From the NCBI GenBank assembly GCA_047602405.1, contig JASGHJ010000001.1, positions 1,248,001-1,312,000 of the forward strand: a stretch of DNA of 64,000 bases, written 5' to 3'. The notes under the pieces were generated by a model. That model was not told where the DNA came from. It saw only the letters and a list, made by a program, of their open reading frames with translations, and searched no databases. This stretch comes from Anaeromyxobacteraceae bacterium. GTDB lineage: Bacteria > Myxococcota > Myxococcia > Myxococcales > Anaeromyxobacteraceae. This document shows, in pieces, positions 1 through 10,161 of this stretch; the first letter of the stretch is position 1; each line of letters opens with the position of its first letter. Both the position numbers and the translations under genes were made by a program.

Positions 1-1484
1 CAGGTGAGGCCGACCTCGGCCCGCTCGCGCCCGACGAGGACGCCGGCGCCCACGCCGCCGCGATCGCGCGCATCCGCGAGGGCATCGGCCGCGGCGACTT
101 CTACCAGGTGAACCACACCTTCCGGCTGCGGGGCCCGTTCCGCGGTGATCCTCTCGCGCTCTACCGCCGCCTCCGCGCCGCGCAGGGCGGCGGCCTCGGC
201 GCCTGCCTGCACGCGGGCGACCGCGCGATCGTCTCGGCCTCACCGGAGCTCTTCCTCGCGCTCCGCGGCCGGGACGTCGTCATGCGCCCGATGAAGGGCA
301 CCGCGCCGCGCGGCCGCTTCGAGGACGAGGACGCGCGCGCCGCGGAGGCGCTCCGGAGCTCCGCGAAGGAGCGCGCCGAGAACGTGATGATCGTCGACCT
401 CGTGCGGAACGATCTCGGCCGCGTGGCCGAGCCGGGCTCGGTGCGGGTGACGCGGCGCTTCGAGGTGGAGCGGTACCGCACGGTCCTCCAGCTCACGAGC
501 ACGGTCGAGGCGCGCCTCGCGCGCGGGCGCGGGCTCGCCGACCTCTTCGCGGCGACGTTCCCCTGCGGCTCGGTGACCGGCGCGCCCAAGGTCGCCGCGA
601 TGGCCCGCATCGCGGCGGAGGAGCGCTCGGCGCGCGGCGTCTACTGCGGCGCGGTCGGGCTCGTGGCGCCGGGCGGCGACGCCTGCTTCAACGTGGCCAT
701 CCGCACGGTCGCGCTGGACCTCGGGTCCGGCACCGCGACCGCTGGCGTGGGTGGCGGCATCACCTGGGACTCCACCGCGCCGGGCGAGCACGCCGAGGCG
801 CTCGCGAAGGCCGCGTTCCTCACCGCGCCGCCGCGGCCACCCGCGCTCCTCGAGACGCTCCGCCTCGAGCACGGCCGCTACCCGCTCCTCGCCGGCCACC
901 TCGCCCGGCTCGAGGCCTCCGCGCGCCACCTCGGCGTGTCGCTCGACCTCGCCGAGGTGCAGGCGGCCCTCGCCCGCGCTGCGACCGCGGGTGGAGACGG
1001 CCGGGTGCGGCTCGTGGTCGCCGGGCGCGGGGCGGTGGAGGTCGAGCGCACCCCGCTCCCGCCGCGCGTCGACGCGCCGGTGCCGGTCGCCCTCGCGGCC
1101 GCGCCCGTGTCGCGCCGCGACCGCCGGCTCTTCCACAAGACCACCGACCGCGCGCCCTACGACGCCGCGCGCGCCGCGCGGCCGGACGTGTTCGACGTGC
1201 TCCTCTTCAACGAGGAGGGCGAGGCGACCGAGTTCACGATCGGCAACCTGGTCGCCGAGTTCGACCTGCCGGGCGGCGTCGAGTGCGTCACCCCGCCGCG
1301 CGACGCGGGCCTGCTCGCCGGCGTCCAGCGGGCCGCGCTGCTCGCACGCGGCGAGGTCGTCGAGCGCACCGTCCGCGTGGCGGACCTCGGACGGGCGCGC
1401 CGGCTCTGGCTCGTGAACGCACTGCGGGGGCGGGTGCCCGTCTCGCTCCAGGGAACCGATCCGCCCGCCGGCCCCCGGGAGTAG
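1..1484 (+). CDS. pabB: Bifunctional aminodeoxychorismate synthase component I / aminotransferase class IV (PabB-PabC-like fusion), 5' partial
   Basis: Motifs SPELF, RPMKGT, ENVMIVDLVRNDLG, FPCGSVTGAPK, then LLETLRL...HKTT...GLLAG (ADC lyase-like). The frame is open upstream of 108 to the window edge (…GDFYQVNHT). Confidence 0.85.
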   Translation, partial: GEADLGPLAPDEDAGAHAAAIARIREGIGRGDFYQVNHTFRLRGPFRGDPLALYRRLRAAQGGGLGACLHAGDRAIVSASPELFLALRGRDVVMRPMKGTAPRGRFEDEDARAAEALRSSAKERAENVMIVDLVRNDLGRVAEPGSVRVTRRFEVERYRTVLQLTSTVEARLARGRGLADLFAATFPCGSVTGAPKVAAMARIAAEERSARGVYCGAVGLVAPGGDACFNVAIRTVALDLGSGTATAGVGGGITWDSTAPGEHAEALAKAAFLTAPPRPPALLETLRLEHGRYPLLAGHLARLEASARHLGVSLDLAEVQAALARAATAGGDGRVRLVVAGRGAVEVERTPLPPRVDAPVPVALAAAPVSRRDRRLFHKTTDRAPYDAARAARPDVFDVLLFNEEGEATEFTIGNLVAEFDLPGGVECVTPPRDAGLLAGVQRAALLARGEVVERTVRVADLGRARRLWLVNALRGRVPVSLQGTDPPAGPRE

Positions 1485-1494
1485 ACTCGCGGTC

Positions 1495-1977
1495 GTGACT
1501 GCGCGCCTGCGCTACCGGTCTCCCGTGGGGCCCCTCTTCGTGGAGGCGCTCGACGAGGGCGTGGTCGGCCTCTCGTTCGGCGACGCCGGGCCGGGCCGCG
1601 CCGGCGTCTCGGCACGCGCCCGCAAGCACCTCGACGCAGCGCGCGAAGCGCTCGACGCCTACTTCGCGGGCAAGCCCCCCACGCTCCCTGGCCTGGTCCT
1701 CAAGGGATTGCCGTTCCAGGAGCGCGTCTGGCGGGCGCTCGTCGACATCCCCTGGGGCGAGGTCCGGACCTACGGCGAGATCGCGGCCGCGCTCGGCGTG
1801 CCCGGCGCGGCGCGCGCGGTCGGCGGCGCCAACCACCGGAATCCCATCGCGATCCTCGTGCCCTGCCACCGCGTCGTGCAGACGAGCGGGAGGCTGGGGG
1901 GGTACGGCGGCGGCGTGGACGTGAAGCGCTGGTTGCTCGCCCACGAGGCGGGCCACGGGCCCGCGCTGCGCCTCTGA
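1495..1977 (+). CDS. ogt: Methylated-DNA--protein-cysteine methyltransferase
   Basis: Active-site motif PCHRV and IPWGEVRTYGEIA / ARAVG. Confidence 0.92.
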   Translation: MTARLRYRSPVGPLFVEALDEGVVGLSFGDAGPGRAGVSARARKHLDAAREALDAYFAGKPPTLPGLVLKGLPFQERVWRALVDIPWGEVRTYGEIAAALGVPGAARAVGGANHRNPIAILVPCHRVVQTSGRLGGYGGGVDVKRWLLAHEAGHGPALRL

Positions 1978-2085
1978 TCCAGCACCGCCGGGTGCGGCGC
2001 CTGCTTCCTTGCCCCGCCTACGAAGGGTGCGTAGCATCCGGGACGTTCACGAGCGGTACCGCCCAGCACCAGGAGAATCACAGTC

Positions 2086-3360
2086 ATGGCCAGGCTCCTC
2101 GCGATGATCCTCGCCGGCGGCGAGGGCCGCCGGCTCGACCCGCTCACGCGGGAGCGCGCGAAGCCCGCCGTGCCCTTCGGCGGCCGGTACCGCATCATCG
2201 ACTTCGTCCTCTCCAACTTCGCGAACTCCGGCATCCTCAAGATGAAGGTGCTGGTGCAGTACAAGTCGGAGTCGCTGAACGCGCACATCCAGCGGGGCTG
2301 GCGGCTGACCGCGCTCCTCGACCAGTACGTCGAGCTCGTGCCGGCGCAGATGCGGGTGGGGCCGAAGTGGTTCGAGGGCTCGGCCGACGCGATCTACCAG
2401 AACCTCAACATCATCACCGACGAGCAGCCCGAGTACACGTTCGTCTTCGGCGCCGACCACGTCTACCGCATGGACGTGCGCCAGATGCTCACCTACCACA
2501 AGGACCACCAGGCGGACCTCACGGTCGCGGCGATCCCGGTGCCGGTCGAGGAGGCGAGCGAGTTCGGCATCATCGAGGTCGACAAGGACGGGCGGATGAT
2601 CGGCTTCGTCGAGAAGCCGAAGTCGAACCCGAAGACCATGCCGGGCGACCCCACGCGCTGCCTGGCGTCGATGGGCAACTACCTGTTCGGCACCGAGTGC
2701 CTCGTGCAGGAGATCATGCGCGACGCGGCGGACCCGGACAGCGCGCACGACTTCGGCAAGTCGATCGTCGCGAAGATGTACGACCGCAAGCGGGTCTACG
2801 TGTACGACTTCAAGACGAACCGGGTGCCCGGCCAGGGCGAGAAGGAGCGCGGCTACTGGCGCGACGTCGGGAGCCTCGAGGCCTACTGGCAGGCCAACAT
2901 GGACCTCGTCGCGGTCGACCCGGTCTTCTCGCTCTACAACGACGAGTGGCCGATCTACACGATCCAGCACAACTTCCCGCCGGTGAAGTTCGTCTTCAAC
3001 AACGAGAAGGAGAAGCGGGTCGGCCGCGCCACCGACTCGCTCGTGTCGGAGGGCTGCATCATCTCCGGCGGCCACGTGCACCACTCCATCCTCGGGCCCG
3101 CCGTGCGCGTGAACTCCTACGCCTCGGTGGAGGAGTGCATCGTCTTCGAGAACGTGAACATCGGCCGGCACTGCAAGATCCGGCGGGCGATCATCGACAA
3201 GCACGTGTCGATCCCGCCCAACACCACGATCGGCTTCGACCTCGAGGAGGACCGCCGCCGGTTCCACGTCACCGAGAGCGGCATCGTGGTCATCCCGAAG
3301 GGCATGCGGATCGAGCCGGAGCCGGCGGCCGCGGCGCCTGCGGCCGCGCCCAAGAAGTAG
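2086..3360 (+). CDS. glgC: Glucose-1-phosphate adenylyltransferase
   Basis: [52 protein letters not shown] upstream. Confidence 0.95.
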   Translation: MARLLAMILAGGEGRRLDPLTRERAKPAVPFGGRYRIIDFVLSNFANSGILKMKVLVQYKSESLNAHIQRGWRLTALLDQYVELVPAQMRVGPKWFEGSADAIYQNLNIITDEQPEYTFVFGADHVYRMDVRQMLTYHKDHQADLTVAAIPVPVEEASEFGIIEVDKDGRMIGFVEKPKSNPKTMPGDPTRCLASMGNYLFGTECLVQEIMRDAADPDSAHDFGKSIVAKMYDRKRVYVYDFKTNRVPGQGEKERGYWRDVGSLEAYWQANMDLVAVDPVFSLYNDEWPIYTIQHNFPPVKFVFNNEKEKRVGRATDSLVSEGCIISGGHVHHSILGPAVRVNSYASVEECIVFENVNIGRHCKIRRAIIDKHVSIPPNTTIGFDLEEDRRRFHVTESGIVVIPKGMRIEPEPAAAAPAAAPKK

Positions 3361-5970
3361 CTACCGCGCCCAGAAGTACGTCCACTTCACGAGGAACGAG
3401 TCGGTCGTGGGCCCGTGCGCCAGCGCCTGCGGCGCGAGCCGGTGCGGCGAGGCGACCCCGTCGCCCGGCTCGGCCTGCGAGCGCGTGTAGACGAGGAACA
3501 GCGTCGAGCCGGCGCGGTACTCCCAGCGCATCACCACGTTCACGTTGAGCCCGACCTCCCGGAAGTCCGGGTCGTCGATCGCGAACGTCGCGGCGGTCGC
3601 GGCCGGCAGCCGCGTGTAGTCGCCGTAGCCCACCCGCGTGTCGCCGCCGGGCGCGACCCGGAAGTTCCGGTACCGCCCGTAGGACGTGAAGAGCTGCGCG
3701 TAGCCCTGCAACGTGAGCCGCGGGGTGATGACGAGCTGCTGGCGCAGCGTGAGCGAGAAGAGCGGCGCGCGGAGGTCGGCGAAGACGCGCTGGCCGGCGA
3801 AGGGGTTCGCGGGGTCGTTCGCGCCCGCGTCGTCCACGTAGCGGGTGGGCCAGCCGGTGTGCTCGGCGTCGAAGCCGACCCGGGTCTCGACGCGCGGGTG
3901 GGGCCGGAAGCGCACGGTGGCGTTCGCGCCGTAGAACACCGTGGCGTCGAAGCCGTCCCGGGCGCGGCTCCGCCCGCCGCCGGCCTGCAGCACCACGCCG
4001 ACCGGCCGCTCGCTCGAGCTGTTCATGAACACCTGGAACCAGTCGGTGGTCGGCCGGCGCTGCGCGGCGCCGGTTTGCGAGACCTCGCGGACGTCCCAGG
4101 CCTCGACGTCGGAGGCGACCACCATGCCGACCCAGTCGAACGAGCGGAGCTGCACCTCGCCCTCCGCCCAGACCTGGCCCCAGCGGTTGAGGTGCCGGGC
4201 GTCGGTCGTGAACGCGTTCTCGAACCCGACGGTGGCGTCCCACTGCTGGAAGGTGCCCTTGCCCTCCGGCTCGTTCCACAGGAGGTAACCGCGGGTGAAC
4301 TCCTCGTTCTGGGTGCGCTGGTAGCCGGTGGCGTTGAGGTCGAGCTTCGGCGAGGAGTAGACGTGGTGGAGCTCGCCGCCGAGGCCGCGGCCGCCGTTCT
4401 TGCCGGCCGCGACGAAGCCGCCGTACCCGAGGTCGCCGCGGGAGAGCACCACGCCGTCGCCGAGCGTCCGCGACGGCGGGCCGCCCTGCACCTGCGAGCC
4501 GGTGAGCTGGGCCTGCAGGAACCACTCCTTGTCGGCCGTGCGCCACGAGCCGTCGGCCGAGGCGGAGTTGCCGCCGAGCGCGTCGCAGCGCGGCTGCGCG
4601 TCGTCCGCCGCCAGGTCCGAGGCGGAGCAGAGCGGGTCGAGCGGCAGCGCGGAGGCGAGCGAGAGGCCGACGCTCGAGTCGGGCGCGGGCCGCCAGCGGC
4701 CCACCGCCGCGAGGAAGTTGCGCGCCGCGGGCTGCTGCCGGGGCAGGGCGGACCGCGGCCCGACCTGGAGCGGCTGCCGCCACGAGAAGCCGGCGCCGCC
4801 CGCCGGGTGCGCGGGGTCCGACTCGAGCCGGCCCCAGCCCGCGCCGTCCACGATCGTGTCGAGCACGCCGATCTGGAAGTCGTCCCCGAGCTGCCCGGTG
4901 ACCTTCGCCGCCGCCAGGATGGGCGCGTCGAGGCCGACCCGGCGCGAGTAGAAGAGCTGCAGCGGCGAGTTGTGCGTGCCGCCGAGCCGGATGGGCTCGA
5001 AGAGGTCCATGCCCTGCAGGAAGAACGGGCGCTTCTCCGGCAGCTGGAGCTCGAAGTTGGAGAGGTTCTGGAGGATCTCGTCCGCCTCGACCTGGCCGAA
5101 GTCCGGGTTCAGCGTGCCGACGAGCGCCATCGAGCGCCCGAGCGAGGCGCGCAGGTCGAGCCCGAGGTTCATCACCGGGTCGAGGAGGCGCGGCCGCGCG
5201 CGGTCCTGATCCGGGTCGGTCGGCCGCGAGGTCACCCGCCCCGCGACGTACGGCGCGAGCTGCACCTCCGGCACCGGCGCCATGTCCGCGAGGCCGACGA
5301 GCGGCCCGAGCCGCGCGATCTGCCCGCGCGCGCCCGGCGGGATGATGCAGGTGAGGTCCTGCTCGTGGGTGCGCCCGATCTGGCGCTTCACCGCGAAGCC
5401 CCAGGTCTGGACCGGGGCCTCGCTGTAGCGCATCACCGAGAGCGGGATGCGGAACTCGGCCGACCAGCCGTCGGGCCGCTCCACGGTCGCGGCCTCCCAG
5501 ACGGCGTCCCAGGAGGTCGAGGTCTTGTCGCTGTCGAACACGAGCGCGTCGGTGAGCACCCCGCCCGCCGTGGCCTCGAAGTAGTAGCCGAGGCGGCCGT
5601 CGCGCAGCGGGTCGACCACCACCGCGACCATGTCGGAGTACGGGGCGGTGTCGCGCCGGCCGAGCGGCCGCTGGATCTGGTCGGGCTCGCGATCGTGCGC
5701 GACCACGGCCACCCAGAGGTCGCGGTCGTCGTAGAGGACCCGCACCTCGGTGTCTTGCGAGGGACGGGCGCCCTGGGTGGGGAAGGCCTGCACGAACCCG
5801 TCGAAGACGGGCGCGGTCGCCCAGGCCTCCTCGTCGACCTTGCCGTCGAGCACGATGGGGGACGAGCGCTTGGCCGCGGTGATGGGGTCGCCGGCCTGGG
5901 ACGCGCGCGCGACGAGCGGGCCGCAGGCGGCGGCGAGCGCGAGGACCAGGGCGGCGCGGAGGAGCGTCAT
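3361..5970 (-). CDS. Outer-membrane protein with N-terminal CBM9-like domain (DUF5916-like)
   Basis: Signal peptide from ATG 5970; LDGKVDEEAW, WDAVWEA, WSAEFRIP, TLNPDFGQVEAD, EKRPFFLQG; aromatic beta-barrel-like C-terminus. Confidence 0.75.
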   Translation of the reverse strand: MTLLRAALVLALAAACGPLVARASQAGDPITAAKRSSPIVLDGKVDEEAWATAPVFDGFVQAFPTQGARPSQDTEVRVLYDDRDLWVAVVAHDREPDQIQRPLGRRDTAPYSDMVAVVVDPLRDGRLGYYFEATAGGVLTDALVFDSDKTSTSWDAVWEAATVERPDGWSAEFRIPLSVMRYSEAPVQTWGFAVKRQIGRTHEQDLTCIIPPGARGQIARLGPLVGLADMAPVPEVQLAPYVAGRVTSRPTDPDQDRARPRLLDPVMNLGLDLRASLGRSMALVGTLNPDFGQVEADEILQNLSNFELQLPEKRPFFLQGMDLFEPIRLGGTHNSPLQLFYSRRVGLDAPILAAAKVTGQLGDDFQIGVLDTIVDGAGWGRLESDPAHPAGGAGFSWRQPLQVGPRSALPRQQPAARNFLAAVGRWRPAPDSSVGLSLASALPLDPLCSASDLAADDAQPRCDALGGNSASADGSWRTADKEWFLQAQLTGSQVQGGPPSRTLGDGVVLSRGDLGYGGFVAAGKNGGRGLGGELHHVYSSPKLDLNATGYQRTQNEEFTRGYLLWNEPEGKGTFQQWDATVGFENAFTTDARHLNRWGQVWAEGEVQLRSFDWVGMVVASDVEAWDVREVSQTGAAQRRPTTDWFQVFMNSSSERPVGVVLQAGGGRSRARDGFDATVFYGANATVRFRPHPRVETRVGFDAEHTGWPTRYVDDAGANDPANPFAGQRVFADLRAPLFSLTLRQQLVITPRLTLQGYAQLFTSYGRYRNFRVAPGGDTRVGYGDYTRLPAATAATFAIDDPDFREVGLNVNVVMRWEYRAGSTLFLVYTRSQAEPGDGVASPHRLAPQALAHGPTTDSFLVKWTYFWAR

Positions 5971-6134
5971 GGCGGGCGTCGGACGAACGGGGTTACGCGG
6001 GGCGGGGCGGCCGTATTTCGAACCTGATCCGGAGGGAGACGCCAGGCCACGGTTCGTGACGGCGCGGCGCGGCATCGGTGTATCGCCGGCCGCGGCGCCC
6101 CGCGCAAGTTCGCCGCCGCGGGGGAGCGCCCAGG

Positions 6135-6668
6135 TCAGCTCGGCCCGCGGCGAGGCCAGAGCACCCTCGCTCCGAGGGCCAGCACCGTGGCCGGCAGCCA
6201 GATCCAGAGCGCCTCGGACCGGAGCACGGCGAGCCCGCGCTCGGAGAGGAACCGCCCGAGCCCGATGGGCGAGACCTCGATCACCCGCCAGGGCGCGAAG
6301 AACCGCTCCCCGGAAAGGGGCCAGAGGAGGGCGACGCCGAGGCCGCCATTCGTGATCGCGTCGAGGAGCGGGTGCGAGAGCGTCGCGAGGCCGACGAGCA
6401 GGAACGCGCGGAGGCGGGTGGTGCGGAGCGCCGGCGCCGCCGCGGCGGCGAGCGCGCCCACGAGGAGCGCGAACGCGATCGAGTGGCTCGCGCCGCGATG
6501 GCCGAGGGCGTCGCCGTACGGGATGCCGGCCTTGAACGCGAGGACGTCGGCGTCGGGGAGCATCGAGCCGAGCACGCCCGCCACGAGGAGCCGCGGCGGG
6601 ACGGCGCGCGTCCCCAGCCCGGCGCCGGCCGCGAGCGGGATGGCGGCGTGGGAGAGGATCGTCGGCAC
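6135..6668 (-). CDS. Membrane-bound metal-dependent hydrolase (YdjM/YbcI-like)
   Basis: LPDAD, HRGASHS, SHPLLD motifs. Confidence 0.85.
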   Translation of the reverse strand: MPTILSHAAIPLAAGAGLGTRAVPPRLLVAGVLGSMLPDADVLAFKAGIPYGDALGHRGASHSIAFALLVGALAAAAAPALRTTRLRAFLLVGLATLSHPLLDAITNGGLGVALLWPLSGERFFAPWRVIEVSPIGLGRFLSERGLAVLRSEALWIWLPATVLALGARVLWPRRGPS

Positions 6669-6669
6669 G

Positions 6670-7335
6670 CTACTCCACGAACCCGACCACGAGGTTCATC
6701 GCGAGGGCGATGATCGCGGTGGTGAAGGCGAACGACTGGGCGGCGTGGAACAGCACCGCCCGCCGGAGCTGGCGGCTCGAGATCGCGACGTCGGAGGTCT
6801 GGAAGCACATGCCGATGGTGAAGGCGAAGTAGGCGAAGTCGAGCTGGTCGGGGGGCTCGTTCCCCGGGAAGGCGAGCCCGCCCGGGCCCTCGTCGTCGTC
6901 GCGGTAGAAGAGGTGCGCGTACCGGAGCGCCCACGAGGTGTGGGTGAGGAGCCAGGAGGCGACGACCGCGACGAGGCAGAGCGCGACCCAGAGGGCCGCG
7001 TGCTCCGGGGCGAGGTGGCGGGCGCGGCGCAACACGAGCACCGCGGAGAAGAGGCTCGCCGTGCTCGCCAGGATGGAGACCACCCACACCATGCGGCGTC
7101 CGGGGTCCTCGCCCGCCGCGCGCCGGCGCGTCTGCGCCGCGTCCTCGCGCCAGATGACGGTCCACGCGAGCGTGAGCAGCACGAGCGCGAAGACGTCCCA
7201 CGCCGCCACCGCGCGGAGCGCGAGCCCCTCCCCGCGCACGGTGAGGGCCGTCACGAGGGCCGCGGCGGCCGACACCGCGAGCCGCACGATGGCGCGGCGG
7301 GGAGACCAGCGGGCGGCGGTACGGAGGGTGCTCAC
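6670..7335 (-). CDS. DUF1345-like membrane protein
   Basis: YAHLFY, DFAYFAFTIGMCFQTSDV; several TM segments. Confidence 0.85.
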   Translation of the reverse strand: MSTLRTAARWSPRRAIVRLAVSAAAALVTALTVRGEGLALRAVAAWDVFALVLLTLAWTVIWREDAAQTRRRAAGEDPGRRMVWVVSILASTASLFSAVLVLRRARHLAPEHAALWVALCLVAVVASWLLTHTSWALRYAHLFYRDDDEGPGGLAFPGNEPPDQLDFAYFAFTIGMCFQTSDVAISSRQLRRAVLFHAAQSFAFTTAIIALAMNLVVGFVE

Positions 7336-7454
7336 GGGTGGGGGATTGTAGCCCGTACGTTCCGTCGCTCCAGCCTTCGTCCCCGCGCCAGGCCGTCCGG
7401 TGGTATCCGTGGGGGGCCTTCATTCCAACCTCGACCCTCCGGAGACCGCCCGCC

Positions 7455-7955
7455 ATGCCGACCACCCAGGAGAACCTCGCCACCGCGTTCGCCGGCGAGA
7501 GCCAGGCGAACCGCAAGTACCTCGCCTTCGCGCGCCAGGCCGAGAAGGAGAACCTCCCGCAGATCGCGAAGGTCTTCCGCGCGGCGGCCGAGGCCGAGAC
7601 GATCCACGCGCTCTCGCACCTCGCGAACATGGGCGGCGTGAAGTCGACGCTCGAGAACCTCGAGGCCGCGGTCGCCGGCGAGACCTACGAGTCGAAGGAG
7701 ATGTACCCGCCGATGGCCGCGCAGGCGAAGGCCGAGGGCCACCGCGCGAAGACGATGCTCGAGTGGGCCGGCAAGGCCGAGGCGGTCCACGCGGAGCTGT
7801 TCCAGCAGGCCCTCGCGGCGCTCAAGTCCGGCGCCGACCTCTCGCAGATGGACGTCTACCTCTGCCCGGCCTGCGGCCACCTCGAGTTCGGCAAGCCCCC
7901 CGAGCGCTGCCCGATCTGCAATGCGCCCGCGGCGAAGTTCGTGAAGGTCGCGTAG
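7455..7955 (+). CDS. Rubrerythrin family protein
   Basis: AFAGESQANRKY, EAETIHA, C-terminal CPACG...CPIC rubredoxin-like site; ATG at 7455 with GGAG upstream. Confidence 0.92.
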   Translation: MPTTQENLATAFAGESQANRKYLAFARQAEKENLPQIAKVFRAAAEAETIHALSHLANMGGVKSTLENLEAAVAGETYESKEMYPPMAAQAKAEGHRAKTMLEWAGKAEAVHAELFQQALAALKSGADLSQMDVYLCPACGHLEFGKPPERCPICNAPAAKFVKVA

Positions 7956-7980
7956 GGCCGCGCCGCGCGGCAGGCGGACC

Positions 7981-8442
7981 TCAGGCGTCCGGATCGCCCT
8001 CGAAGTAGTCCGCCTGCTTCGCCTTCTCGAAGATCCACCGCTTCCCGGTCGGCTGCGCCCCGAGCACGAACGCGATCTTGCCGGAGTCGGGGTACTCGAC
8101 CACGTCGTGCCCGAAGGCGGCGGAGAGCCCGAGGTACCGGAACGGCTCCCTGCCCTCGTTGACGAGCTGGTGCGCCGGCCCGCCGGGCGGGAACGACACG
8201 TAGTCGCCGGGGCCGACCTCCGTCGTCGCCTCGGGCGTGCGCACCAGCGCCTTGCCGGAGAGCACGTAGAGCGCCTCCTCGGTGACCTGGTGCGCGTGGA
8301 GCGGGAACGACTTCTTGCCCGGCGCGAGCTCCCAGAGCCCGGCCCTGAGCTTCTCGCCGCCGAGCTCCATCCGACGCTGCGAGTACTTCCCGCGCTGCAG
8401 CGAGTCGGCCCAGTTGCCGGTGCCGGACTTGACGATCTTCAT
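7981..8442 (-). CDS. Cupin domain protein
   Basis: HAHQVTEEALYVLSG, PAHQLVN, YPDSGK. Confidence 0.85.
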   Translation of the reverse strand: MKIVKSGTGNWADSLQRGKYSQRRMELGGEKLRAGLWELAPGKKSFPLHAHQVTEEALYVLSGKALVRTPEATTEVGPGDYVSFPPGGPAHQLVNEGREPFRYLGLSAAFGHDVVEYPDSGKIAFVLGAQPTGKRWIFEKAKQADYFEGDPDA

Positions 8443-8466
8443 GGTGTCTCCTCGAAGGCGTGACGC

Positions 8467-8500
8467 CCCTCGTCTCCGCCCGCCTGCGGCGGGCTACGCT
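8467..8500 (+). repeat. Left half of a REP-like hairpin element interrupted by IS110 (right half 10057-10068)
   Basis: Joining the flanks gives CCCCTCGTCTCCGCCCGCCTGCGGCGGGCTACGCT|CGGGGCGAACGG, with inner hairpin GCCCGCC-TGC-GGCGGGC. Confidence 0.6.
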
Positions 8501-8517
8501 GCTTCGAAATGCCGGGG

Positions 8518-9772
8518 TTAGGAGGTGACCGCCTCGGGTGTCTGTGAGGTGACGGTCACGCTATAGCCGAGGCGCTCAAGGCGGCGAACGAGGTTCTTGG
8601 CGACGCGCTTTTCGTCGACCCGGTCGAGGTAGGTGTCCCCGAGGTCCTCGTACGGTACGTGTTTCGTGAGGAATCTCATAGGCGGCGTTGAGGATCTTGT
8701 GGGCGATGGCGAAGGTGGCTCGCTTGTGTCCTCGGCGGGCCTTGAGGCGGAAGTACTTGTCTCGCAGGTAGGTCTTCTTGGTGCGGATGGCTGCGCCGGC
8801 AGCCTCGACCAGGGTCGACCGGAGGTGAACGTTCCCCTTCCGCGAACGCCCGGAGCGCCGCTTCCCGGCCGATTCGTCGTTCCCGGGGCAGACGCCAGCC
8901 CAACTCGCCAGGTGGCGCGGGCCGCCGAAGACGGACATGTCGGGGCCGATCTCAGCGAGAAGTGACGCGCTGGTCTGGACCTTCACGCCCGGAATCGTCG
9001 AAAGCAGCTTGACCTGCTCGCGATAGGGCTCGAGTCGGCGCTCGATCTCCCTCTCTAGCGTGTCGACGTCGCGGTCAGCAGCGTCGAGCCGGTCGAGCTG
9101 TAGCCGCAACATGTACCGGTGGTGGTCGCGGAGCCGGCCGTCGAGGGCGGCCTCGAGCTCGGGGATCTTCTTACGTAGGAGCCCTTCGGCGAGCTTCGCG
9201 AGGTTGCGCGGGTCGGATTCGCCATCGGCCATCGCTCGCAGCATCGCCATGCCAGACTTGCCAAAGACATCCGAGGCAACGCTTGCGAGCTTCACGTTCG
9301 CGGTCTCGAGGACCTTCTGTAGTCGATTGCGCTCGGACGTCCGGGCCTGGACGACCGAGCGTCGGTACCGAACGAGGTCCCGTAGGTCGCGAAGGTAGAG
9401 CGGCGGCACGTAGCTCTTGCGGATCAGCCCCATCCTCACGAGTCGGGCAATCCACTCCGAGTCCTTCACGTCCGTCTTGCGGCCTGGGACGTTCTTCATG
9501 TGCTGCGCGTTGCCAACGACGAGCTCGAGCTCGCCCGCCGACTCCAGCACCGCGTAAACGGGCTTCCAGTAGACGCCCGTGCTCTCCATGGCCACGTGCG
9601 TGACGTGCTCCTCGCGCAGCCACTCCACGAGCGCCAGCAAGTCGCGCGTGAACGTCGAGAACTCCCTCACGCACTTGCGCAGCCTGGAGCCCTCTCCCAG
9701 CAGCACGCAGGCCGTCACTTGCTCCTTGTGAACGTCGAGTCCACAGACCCGATCGACAACGATTCCTTCCAT
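8518..9772 (-). CDS. IS110 transposase (DEDD recombinase); apparent +1 frameshift at ~8672 near the C-terminus
   Basis: CGLDVHK, MESTGVYWKP, GRKTDVKDSEW, SWAGVCPGNDESAG; GGAGGT RBS before ATG 9772. Removing one T in GAGATTCCTC restores the tail YEILTKHVPYEDLGDTYLDRVDEKRVAKNLVRRLERLGY to TAA at 8518. Confidence 0.92.
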
Positions 9773-10056
9773 GACCACCTCCGGGGAAGGAGGCGGTCGC
9801 TGCGCCGCGGGGTAGCTTCTAGGACACTGCTTCACGCCCTTCCCAGGCATGCATCTGCCCAGGTACGGCACACCGTGGTACCCATTCGCAGCGCGGGCCG
9901 GTCTCGGGGACGGGGTTCCTGGCAGGACCGCCGAACGTAGCAACGGCCTTCTGAGCGACCACCTCCGAGGTCGATCGCTACACCGGGACCGCCCGCGCGC
10001 TCAACCAACGGCAGGCATTTCATGCCCCCCGGTGGACGTGTCCGTCCATGAGGTCT
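9773..10056 (-). ncRNA. Putative IS110 bridge RNA region (non-coding end upstream of the transposase)
   Basis: ~280 nt non-coding end containing segments that match the target flanks (9936-9941, 9903-9909) and the donor end (9827-9833). Confidence 0.6.
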
Positions 10057-10161
10057 CGGGGCGAACGGACACCTGGATCGTAAAGGCCGCAGGTTCGTCC
10101 CCACACGACCTCACGGGGTCCCCCGTCCGCCGTCCGAGCCTGCCGGTAGACTGCCCGTGCA

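Larger units (their letters stand above)
8501..10056 (-). mobile_element. IS110-family insertion sequence
   Basis: DEDD transposase; no terminal inverted repeats seen; a CT dinucleotide core at both boundaries (8499-8500 and 10055-10056); removing the element restores a REP-like site. Confidence 0.85.
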
